Notes under the pieces: model-generated
What the model saw: the letters and a program-made list of their open reading frames with translations, nothing else
What the model was told of the DNA's origin: nothing
The model's database searches: none
Shown: positions 31,742-38,926 of the stretch, in pieces
How positions within the stretch are numbered: the stretch's first letter is position 1
Layout: each line of letters begins with the position of its first letter
Assembly (NCBI GenBank): GCA_965248445.1
Contig: CBDFJG010000002.1
Span: forward strand, 320,001-384,000
Origin: Planctomycetota bacterium
GTDB lineage: Bacteria; Planctomycetota; JAJSAM01; JAJVHW01
DNA length: 64,000 nucleotides
Direction: 5' to 3'
Translations under genes and position numbers: made by a program

Positions 31742-32209
31742 ATGGACATCGAACGACTGAGACGATCCACGCTGCGTGTCGGAGGCGTCTGTAACACGAC
31801 GACCCGCCGCAAGGTCATCGAGGACGCCATCGCTGCGATCCAGGAGGACGGCGTCACGGCGCTCGCTCGTGAGTTCATGGGCGTGAAGCGGTACGCGCAC
31901 TTTGGAGACCAGCGCACGGACTGCGCGTACGGCATGGGGCCGCGGCACGGGTCCATCGCCTTCAGAGTCGGGCGCGACACGTCGCACCGCAGTCGCGCGC
32001 CGCGTCCAGACCTCGGCCCCGACGACGTGTACTTCCTCGAGTGCGCGCGGGACTTCCCCGGCGTCGAGCGTCCAGACAAGCACATCCGCAACCGCACGGT
32101 CCGCGACGGGCTGAGCACGGTGCTTGACGCGCTCGCGCGGGCCGAGGGCGAGGTGGAGCTGCTCCGCGGTGCGCTCACGACAGACGTTGAGGAACACGCG
32201 GTCGCGTGA
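31742..32209 (+). CDS. Phage-like hypothetical protein
   Basis: AGGAGG RBS before ATG 31742; GTGA overlap with the next gene. Confidence 0.6.
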   Translation: MDIERLRRSTLRVGGVCNTTTRRKVIEDAIAAIQEDGVTALAREFMGVKRYAHFGDQRTDCAYGMGPRHGSIAFRVGRDTSHRSRAPRPDLGPDDVYFLECARDFPGVERPDKHIRNRTVRDGLSTVLDALARAEGEVELLRGALTTDVEEHAVA

Positions 32210-32556
32210 GCACACTCCCGCCCTGCCACCGCCCCCGCGACTGCCCGCTCTGCGGGAAGGCCGCGATCCGCGCAGGTCGGAACCGTGCCGGCGTGCAGCG
32301 GTATCGGCTGAAGTGCGCGTGCGACCGCCCCGCGGAACCACCGCTCCCAACCGACTGCCCGCAGTGCGGGGGCAAGCGTTCCATCGTGCGTCACGGCATG
32401 CGTCGGGACCGCACCACGCGGTTCCGGTCGAAGTGTGGGCCGTGTGAGAACGAGGCGAGCCGCTTCAGTAGGGCGGGCCAGTCACTGCCGGAGTCGCAGC
32501 TGGACCCGTACCTGCAAGTAGCGATGGCGGTGAGCCCGCTGTGGAGGACGCCGTGA
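32206..32556 (+). CDS. Protein with two tandem InsA-like zinc ribbons
   Basis: CPLCG..IRAGRNRAGVQRYRLKCAC and CPQCG..IVRHGMRRDRTTRFRSKCGPC. Confidence 0.6.
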   Translation: MSTLPPCHRPRDCPLCGKAAIRAGRNRAGVQRYRLKCACDRPAEPPLPTDCPQCGGKRSIVRHGMRRDRTTRFRSKCGPCENEASRFSRAGQSLPESQLDPYLQVAMAVSPLWRTP

Positions 32557-32858
32557 CGACCGACCGGGAGATCGACGGGCTGCGCACCAAGCTCCGAGAG
32601 GCGAAGCGCGCCCAGGACGACGAATTCGGTCGGCGGCGTCGCGCCGAGAAGGAACGCGATGAACTCGCCGGACACCTCGGCAACGTCGGCAACGTGCTCA
32701 TCGAGTTCGGGTTCGACATCGACAAGGAGCGCGCGTGGGCGTTCATCCGACGGCGGCTCACCGACCACGCCAAGTGCCGAGACCAGGCGCAGGAGGTCTC
32801 CAACTTGAAAGCGCGAATCCGTGGTCTGCACGCGGCTGCGAACCGGAGGACGCCGTGA
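32553..32858 (+). CDS. Phage-like coiled-coil hypothetical protein
   Basis: GGAGGA RBS, GTGA overlaps. Confidence 0.55.
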   Translation: MTTDREIDGLRTKLREAKRAQDDEFGRRRRAEKERDELAGHLGNVGNVLIEFGFDIDKERAWAFIRRRLTDHAKCRDQAQEVSNLKARIRGLHAAANRRTP

Positions 32859-33106
32859 GCCGCCCTGCGAAACGCCTCCCCGTCCCCGGGCTCGAGGGCA
32901 CCTGGTGGCGCTGCCCCGTGCACGGCCTGACCCAGGACACCCACATGCTGCGCGGCATCGAGGACGACGAGTTCCACGCCTACTACTACTGCCGCGTCGA
33001 CACCTGTTCTCGCGAGCTGGAGGACGTCCAGGGCGCCGGCCGCGACATCCGGAAGATCTCGCACTGGAACAGGCCCCCGAAGACGAAGGGAGCCCTCGCG
33101 TCGTGA
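32855..33106 (+). CDS. Phage-like hypothetical protein (CPxH..CxxxxC)
   Basis: GGAGGA RBS, GTGA overlaps. Confidence 0.55.
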   Translation: MSRPAKRLPVPGLEGTWWRCPVHGLTQDTHMLRGIEDDEFHAYYYCRVDTCSRELEDVQGAGRDIRKISHWNRPPKTKGALAS

Positions 33107-33333
33107 GCTGGATCCACATGCGGCCAACCGCTTCCTCGGGTTCTCCACACGCCGACATGCGGAGCCTTGTGGGGGTGTCTGTCGGCGACAATGGAGGGCG
33201 TGTTCAGCGCTTCGACCGACGGCGTTCCGTCTCGTCCGTTCTCCCCTGTGACATCGTGCCCGTTCTGGGTCGCGCTGAACACAGCACGGGGTCGAGAGCG
33301 GGCGGGATGGAGAGCCGGGGAATCCGTCGATGA
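33103..33333 (+). CDS. Hypothetical protein, possibly degenerate
   Basis: Exactly fills the gap with GTGA/ATGA overlaps; protein composition is unconvincing. Confidence 0.3.
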   Translation: MSWIHMRPTASSGSPHADMRSLVGVSVGDNGGRVQRFDRRRSVSSVLPCDIVPVLGRAEHSTGSRAGGMESRGIRR

Positions 33334-33663
33334 GCGCGACGCTTGCGTCTCTTGAGCCCTGCTACGGTGGCCCCGCGCGCGAAGACCTGACGCGCCACAC
33401 GATCACCGACCTGGGTTTCCACAGCCACCTCGTGTACGTGATCTCGGCGCGGTGGCCCGATGAGCGCGGGGTCGTCTGTAGCTATGTCGGCATGACCCGT
33501 CGGCAATGGTGGCGGATCTCGGCGCACATCGGGAAGGGGTGGGAGGGCAAGACGCTATTGCTCGCGGCAGAAGCGGCAGGCGCGATGCTCTGGGTGGACG
33601 TCTACACCGAGACCCGCCACCGCTGCGTGCGCTACCTTGAAGCCGCACTCATCGACGCGCTAG

Positions 33664-35332
33664 CCGCATCTGTTCACGAGACGTCGCGATGACGGTGCTT
33701 TCGGAGTCCACAGGGTCAGATCTTGGCCAGGCGAGGGCGGATGCTGTCGTCGTTGCCACAAGGGCAACGCGAGTGAGCGGCCGAAACGGCGCGGATTCTG
33801 CGGTGTGGGCAGACCGTAGGCCGGGCGGTGGTGTGGCGGACGGCGCGGCGGGACGTCAGGTCGGCTTCGGGGATGCCAGCAGTCGTTGCGCGCAGCGCTC
33901 GAAGACGTGCTGCCAGGGCCACGACGAGGACATCGAGACCCAGATCCGGCGCGTCGTGATCCGCACGAGCGCGCCGATCTTGAGCAGCCGCAGGCGGATC
34001 GTGCCGGCTTGCGCACGCGCCATCTCGGTGCCGGCGAGACCGATGCGTCGCAGCGCACAGGTCAGGACGTAGGCCATGGCCGACATGGCCATCCGCACGG
34101 CGTTGCCCTGCATCGTGTGCACCGACAGACGGGTGCCGAAGAGCTCGAGCTGCTGCTCCTTGATGCGATTCTCCGCCTCGCCCCGGGCGCAGTAGAGCTG
34201 CTCGTAGAGACGCTTGCTGCTCCAGCTACGAGGCGGCAGATTGGTCACCACGAAGCGGGGATTGCGCTTGCCGCCCGGCAGGTGCTCGGCCTTGGCGACC
34301 ACGCGACGCCTCTGGCTCCAGCTCCCCAGCGTGGTCCAGGCAAAGTCGCGAAAGACCCGGGCTGCTCGGCCGGTCTGCACGGCACGGGCTGCGGCCTCAT
34401 CGAGCGCGTCTTCGACGTGTCGCTCAAGGCGCTCATTGCGCGCCATGCCCAGCAGGTAGAAGTGGCCGGCGGCCTCGCACCAGGCCATCAGCTCCTCGCG
34501 GCAAAAGCCCGAGTCTGCGCGCACGAGCACCTTGGCCCGGGGCCAGCGGCGCCGCAGACGTAAGACCAGCGCACGGAGCTCGTCCACGACTCCGCGCGCG
34601 GGATCTCTGTCAGCGGTCTGGAGCCGAGCGAGCAAGAGGTGCTCGCCGCAGAAGACGTACAGCGGCAGGTAGCAGTAGTGCCCGTAGTAGCCGTGGAAGA
34701 AGCGGCCCTCCTGCCGGCCGTGCAGCCGCACGTCGGAGTGGTCCAGGTCCAGCACGAGCAGGCCCGGATCCTCCGGCCCCATGGCCTCGCAGAAGACGTC
34801 GCTGAGCACGCTGTCCACGCGCTCCTGGTCCATCTCGATCTTGGCGTAGCGCGTCTGTGCCGTGGCGCCGAGCTGCGTGGTCTCGAGCCGCGAGAGCGTC
34901 GGGTGCGTGGCCAGAGCACCCTCGCGCTTGCCGCACGCCGCGGCAAACAGCGGGTCCTTGCCGACATGGTCGTGGTCCACCAGATCCTCGTAGCCCGCGC
35001 ACAGCCCGAAGACCCGCTGACGCAGCATCTGGCCGACCGTGTGCTCGACCCGACGCGGGTCCCGGTGGTCCCCGAAGCAGCGCGCAAACCGCGAGAGCAG
35101 ATCGATGCGACGATCGACCCGCTCGAGCAGCAGCACGCCCCCGTCGCTCGTCACGGTACCGGCGTCGAAGCGCGTCACCGCGGTGCGTCCACAGATGCCC
35201 GCGAAGAGGGTCCCCTGCGGGCTACAGTCTGTCGTCATCGGGCCGGCGCTCCTGTCGGTGCAAGTACTAGCGAGTACGAGCACTTAGACAGACGACGGCC
35301 CGCTCAGATTCCCGGCTGGTGAACGATTCGGG
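33664..35332 (-). mobile_element. IS1380-family element, copy A (1669 bp)
   Basis: Ends CCCGAATCGTTCAC / GTGAACAGATGCGG (element orientation); CTAG duplication at 33660-33663 and 35333-35336. Confidence 0.95.
33856..35238 (-). CDS. IS1380 family transposase
   Basis: TSDGG.LLL, QRVFGL.AGYED, LDLD, FFHGYY..YCYLPL, RADSGF, YCARG.AENRIKEQ. Confidence 0.96.
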   Translation of the reverse strand: MTTDCSPQGTLFAGICGRTAVTRFDAGTVTSDGGVLLLERVDRRIDLLSRFARCFGDHRDPRRVEHTVGQMLRQRVFGLCAGYEDLVDHDHVGKDPLFAAACGKREGALATHPTLSRLETTQLGATAQTRYAKIEMDQERVDSVLSDVFCEAMGPEDPGLLVLDLDHSDVRLHGRQEGRFFHGYYGHYCYLPLYVFCGEHLLLARLQTADRDPARGVVDELRALVLRLRRRWPRAKVLVRADSGFCREELMAWCEAAGHFYLLGMARNERLERHVEDALDEAAARAVQTGRAARVFRDFAWTTLGSWSQRRRVVAKAEHLPGGKRNPRFVVTNLPPRSWSSKRLYEQLYCARGEAENRIKEQQLELFGTRLSVHTMQGNAVRMAMSAMAYVLTCALRRIGLAGTEMARAQAGTIRLRLLKIGALVRITTRRIWVSMSSSWPWQHVFERCAQRLLASPKPT

Positions 35333-35583
35333 CTAGCGCCGTGCGAGAACACGCAGAACCACCCGCCCTCTGGCGCGGTTCCATGCGCTCACCGCAGGCC
35401 GTTGGAGATCGCCTTCCCCCGCCTCTACGAGATCGAGTCGTGGGGCGGAGCGATAGAGCATGTGCGCGCCCAGCGGCTCAAGTCGGTCCAGGGGCGGGTC
35501 GCTCGCCTGTCCGATCGCGACTACGAGTCCTTCCTCGTGTGGCTGCGTCGGCACCACCAGGAGCGCGCGAGGGAGCGCGCCGG

Positions 35584-36234
35584 GTGACACGCCAGTGGAT
35601 AGCCCTCAGCACCGGGTTTCCGATGGACCTGGAGACCCTGACCCTCCCCGTAGAACACCGCTATTCCTGGGTAGTTCTGCTGACGATTTCGAAACGAGAG
35701 GGCTGGAACGGGACCGTGAACGGGACAGTCATCGCCCCCCTACTGGAGGCGTTTGCGGGGCTCTCCAAGCGTAGACAGGGTGTGTTCTTTCGCGCCCTGA
35801 CTGCCCTTGGTTGGGTGGAACAGGTTGGCCCTAACTACGTGATCCAGAAATGGGATAGGTGGCAGAAGGATCCGGGATCTCCGGCTCGAGCGAAGAAGGC
35901 GCGGGACAAGAAACGTCACGGAAGCGCGCGTGACGAAAATCGTTCGGAAGTAGCTCTGACAGGGACAGGGACAGGGACAGAACCCCCCCCTCCCCCTAAC
36001 GAGGGGGAGGCCCGTCGCTTCGCTCTTGCCTGGGCCGGCTCCCGGTCCCGCTTGAAGGACGGCCGGCTGAAGGACCTGGCATCGGCCGTGCACCGAGATC
36101 GCGCTGCCGAGTCATCGGGGAGCCGCTCGATCGACTGGGTAAACCAGCGTCGCCGCATCAAGACCGAGGACCCGAGCGGCTTCATCAGCACCGAGAGGAT
36201 GCTCGGCCGTGCTGCCCGAAGGGCCGCGCCGTGA
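35584..36234 (+). CDS. Putative phage replication initiator-like protein
   Basis: N-terminal WIALSTGF..D..RYSWVVLL winged-helix-like pattern, WDRWQ, basic helix, TGTGTGT linker; visibly lower GC than neighbours. Confidence 0.55.
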   Translation: MTRQWIALSTGFPMDLETLTLPVEHRYSWVVLLTISKREGWNGTVNGTVIAPLLEAFAGLSKRRQGVFFRALTALGWVEQVGPNYVIQKWDRWQKDPGSPARAKKARDKKRHGSARDENRSEVALTGTGTGTEPPPPPNEGEARRFALAWAGSRSRLKDGRLKDLASAVHRDRAAESSGSRSIDWVNQRRRIKTEDPSGFISTERMLGRAARRAAP

Positions 36235-36408
36235 CGCTCCGAGACGAGATCGTCGCGTTGCGCGCACTGCTCAGCGACGCCATGGACGCGCTGTCGGCAG
36301 AGTGTCAACCTGTTGAAACCCCCGAGTGCCAGTCTGACGGACTGGCAGGAAGAAGGGCGTCAGGCGCGGGGCGTGGTTGACAACCGTGCCCCGCGCGTGG
36401 AGCCTGTG

Positions 36409-36480
36409 TGGAGCCGACGGGAATCGAACCCGCGAACCTGACTTTCCAAGTGTCTGGCGCCTACCAAGGGTCTCGGCCCC
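36409..36480 (-). ncRNA. Non-canonical tRNA-like RNA (Ala/tmRNA-type acceptor stem)
   Basis: GGGGCCG/CGGCTCC-A acceptor with G3:U70; T-arm GCGGG-TTCGATT-CCCGT; irregular D and anticodon arms; no encoded CCA. Confidence 0.7.
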
Positions 36481-36667
36481 ACGGGTGACGGGCAGGAGCC
36501 CTCGCGGGGAACATCAACGCTGCGGGGGCTCCACTTCTTGATGGAGAGCGGACATGAGCGACGACGAGCCAGATGAGGATCGTCCGCTCAAGATCCACGG
36601 CGATTGGAAGGAAGCCCTGCGGAAGGGCGGGACGTGTCAACGACTTTGAGACACCGCGTCTTCGAGT

Positions 36668-37696
36668 TTAGTGAGCAGCCTCCTGTGTCGCAGTCTCCAG
36701 CGCCGCGAGTTCCCGGGCCGGCGGGTTGATCCACGTCTCGGTCGGCAGAGCCGGCGGCGTCGGCGCACGGCGCACGAAGCGCTCGGGATGCGCCGCGTAC
36801 GCGGCATCGAGCACGACCGAGCGCGCGGCGACGGCCGCTTCGGCGCGGCCGTAGTGCACGGTCTCGGGCGTCAGCAGCCCGAGACTCGAGTGACGATGCT
36901 CGCGGTTGTACCAGTGGAAAAAGGCGCGGCAGTGCGCCCGCGCGTCCTCGATGCAGCCGAAGCGCGCTGGGAAGTCCGGCCGGTACTTCAGCGTGCGGAA
37001 TTGGCTCTCGGAAAACGGATTGTCATTCGACGTGTACGGCCGGCTGTGCGACTTCGTCACGCCGAGATCGGCGAGCAGAAAGGCCACCGGCTTGCTGATC
37101 ATCGGCGGCCCCCGATCGGAGTGGATCGTGAGCTGCTCCGCCGCGATCCCCTGCTTCTCGCAGGACTGCTCGATGAGTGCCGTCGCCAGCGCACCGCTCT
37201 CGCAGTCCGCCAGCATCCAGCCCACGACGTTGCGGGAGTAGATGTCGAGCACGACGTAGAGATAGAAGTAGCTCCACTTCACCGGGCCGCGGAGCTTGGT
37301 GATGTCCCAGCTCCAGACCTGGTTCGGGGAGGTCGCGAGGAGCTCGGGCTTCTTGTACGCGGGATGACGCAGCTGGTTGCGGCGCTCACGCACAGCACCA
37401 GCCGCACCGAGGATGCGGTACATCGTGCGCACCGAGCACAGGTAGCGTCCCTCGTCGAGCAGGATCGCCCACGCCGCAAGCGGTGACAGATCGCAGAAGC
37501 GCTCCTCGCTCAGCACCGCGAGTACGGTAAGACGCTCGTCGATCGTGAGGGCGCGCGGCGAGCGCCGGCGCGGCTGCTGGGGCCGGGGGCACGTGCGTGC
37601 CGTTCGGCGCCGATAGAGCGTGGCGCGCGTGACTCCGAGCGCGCGGCACGCGGGGGCGACGCCCACGCGTCCCCCCAGCTCCTCCGCCGCAATCAC
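36668..37696 (-). CDS. IS3-like transposase OrfB (rve DDE integrase)
   Basis: WSWDITKL, LDIYSR, HSDRG, DNPFSESQFRTLKY; GTG start overlaps the orfA stop. Confidence 0.93.
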   Translation of the reverse strand: MIAAEELGGRVGVAPACRALGVTRATLYRRRTARTCPRPQQPRRRSPRALTIDERLTVLAVLSEERFCDLSPLAAWAILLDEGRYLCSVRTMYRILGAAGAVRERRNQLRHPAYKKPELLATSPNQVWSWDITKLRGPVKWSYFYLYVVLDIYSRNVVGWMLADCESGALATALIEQSCEKQGIAAEQLTIHSDRGPPMISKPVAFLLADLGVTKSHSRPYTSNDNPFSESQFRTLKYRPDFPARFGCIEDARAHCRAFFHWYNREHRHSSLGLLTPETVHYGRAEAAVAARSVVLDAAYAAHPERFVRRAPTPPALPTETWINPPARELAALETATQEAAH

Positions 37697-38211
37697 GTGT
37701 CGCTCCCGCTCGTCTCGGGCATCTCGATGCCCAGCAGCCGTGAGACTTTTCGCTGCACGTCGATGATCACCTCGGCCGTCTCGAGCCGCTTCTCGAGACG
37801 GGCGACTTCGCGCTCGAGCTGCTCGTTGCGCTTCTTGAGCGCACGGTCCGGATCGGGCTTGGGACCACGCCGCTTGGGCGAGAGCGCCTCGAGCTGGCCC
37901 TGGTCCCGCGCGCGCCGCCACGTCAACAAGTGCGAGGAGTACAGCCCCTCACGGCGCAAGAGAGCGCCGATCTCGCCGGGCTTCGTGCACGCGTCCGCCG
38001 CCTCGATGATCCGTAGCTTGTACGCGGCGCCAAAGCGCCGCCGCGAGGCGCGCGGCACGACCTCGGGGTCGCGCACCCCAACGTCCCCCGGGCCGCGCGC
38101 CCCGGGGGAGCCCCCTCCGCCTCGATCGCGCTCGCTATGCTCGCCCTCCCTCGGCTCCGGGATCTCCCCCGGCGCTGTGTTGTGGTTGTTCGTCATCGCT
38201 GGTTCCTCCAC
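37693..38211 (-). CDS. IS3-like transposase OrfA (HTH plus coiled coil)
   Basis: RRRFGAAYKLRII, LLRREGLYSSHLLTWR, IIDVQRKVS. Confidence 0.9.
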   Translation of the reverse strand: MEEPAMTNNHNTAPGEIPEPREGEHSERDRGGGGSPGARGPGDVGVRDPEVVPRASRRRFGAAYKLRIIEAADACTKPGEIGALLRREGLYSSHLLTWRRARDQGQLEALSPKRRGPKPDPDRALKKRNEQLEREVARLEKRLETAEVIIDVQRKVSRLLGIEMPETSGSDT

Positions 38212-38273
38212 CGCCCTGCACAGTAATCATCCGTGGGGTCGGTGTCTCAGCCACGTTGGCACAGAGGGGGGAC

Positions 38274-38873
38274 TCAAGACCCCGCCGCCGCCAACCGACG
38301 ACGACGAGCCTGAGACTGAGGGCTCGGAAGGTGCTTCCCGTAAGCCGAAAGAACCGCCTGCCTGACCTGTTCTCCGTCGTCGTCTCGGCGGTGGTTGTAA
38401 CGGAAGGTCGCGGCGCCCAGGTACGTGGGCAGGTGGCAGGGCGAGACCGAGTGCCACGTCCCGTAGACCGACCTGCGGAAGATCCCGAAAAAGCCCTCGA
38501 TTGAGTTCGTCGTGGTCAGTTCGCGAGGGCCGCCCGGTCTGCGACTCTCCCACCGCGCGTACTCGTTCGCATCGTGGTTCACGGTGCGGTGGTCGGCGAA
38601 GTACCAGGCCAGGCGCTTGTAGACGTTCGCGCCGTCGGTGTGCAGCGTCGCCCACGCGGCCACGTTCGAGAACAGCACCTTGCGGAGCGACTTTGCCGTC
38701 ACGTCCGTCGTGATCGCGGCGCGCACGTCGCCTCCACGCGAGAGCATCCCAATGACCGGGATGGTGCGCCCCTTCGCCTCCCGCCTCTTCCACCGCTTGC
38801 CGGTCCGATACGTGCGGCGGCGCCGTTTTCGGCCTCCGACCCACAGTTCGTCGGCGGACGTGACTAATGTCTT
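38274..38873 (-). pseudogene. IS1595-family (ISXO2-like) transposase, 5'-truncated
   Basis: ADELWVGG, LHTDG, HRTVNH, TNSIEGFF, GTWHSVS..HL..YL..FRYN. An in-frame stop lies just upstream of the first motif; zinc ribbon and HTH are missing. Confidence 0.88.
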
Positions 38874-38926
38874 TCAGGGGATTTCGGTTGACGCGCTCGT
38901 TCCATCCCCGGACGCTGCTCTGTTCA

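Larger units (their letters stand above)
33330..35587 (+). pseudogene. GIY-YIG-like nuclease interrupted by IS1380
   Basis: LVYVI..SYVGMT..RISAH. Removing the IS and one CTAG restores an in-frame YLEAALIDALAPCEN through to TGA 35587 (194 aa). Confidence 0.75.
28861..36300 (+). mobile_element. Prophage/integrative-element remnant (early/replication operon)
   Basis: About 13 short co-oriented ORFs, nearly all joined by ATGA/GTGA overlaps; includes DUF5131, a DnaA-like HTH, a GIY-YIG nuclease and a replication-initiator-like gene. Boundaries approximate. Confidence 0.75.
36628..38268 (-). mobile_element. IS3-family-like element
   Basis: Subterminal IRs GTGTCAACG-N4-TGAGACACCG / GTGCCAACG-N4-TGAGACACCG; 3-bp GGG duplication inferred from ORF restoration. 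Confidence 0.85.
36554..38365 (+). pseudogene. Small acidic 55-aa ORF antisense to the IS1595 transposase 3' end, split by an IS3-like element
   Basis: GGAGAG RBS. Rejoining at the GGG duplication gives MSDDEPDEDRPLKIHGDWKEALRKGLKTPPPPTDDDEPETEGSEGASRKPKEPPA*. Confidence 0.65.

Noticed and set aside
33103..33333. Remnant of a split DNA cytosine methyltransferase
   Set aside because: No FxGxG, PCQ or ENV motifs seen in the + strand frames examined.
36409..36480. Canonical tRNA-Ala/tRNA-Pro gene, or a simple att-site 3' fragment
   Set aside because: Lacks U8 and regular D and anticodon stems, so it is not canonical. Both acceptor strands are present and complementary, so it is more than a duplicated 3' end. 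Kept as a tRNA-like ncRNA.
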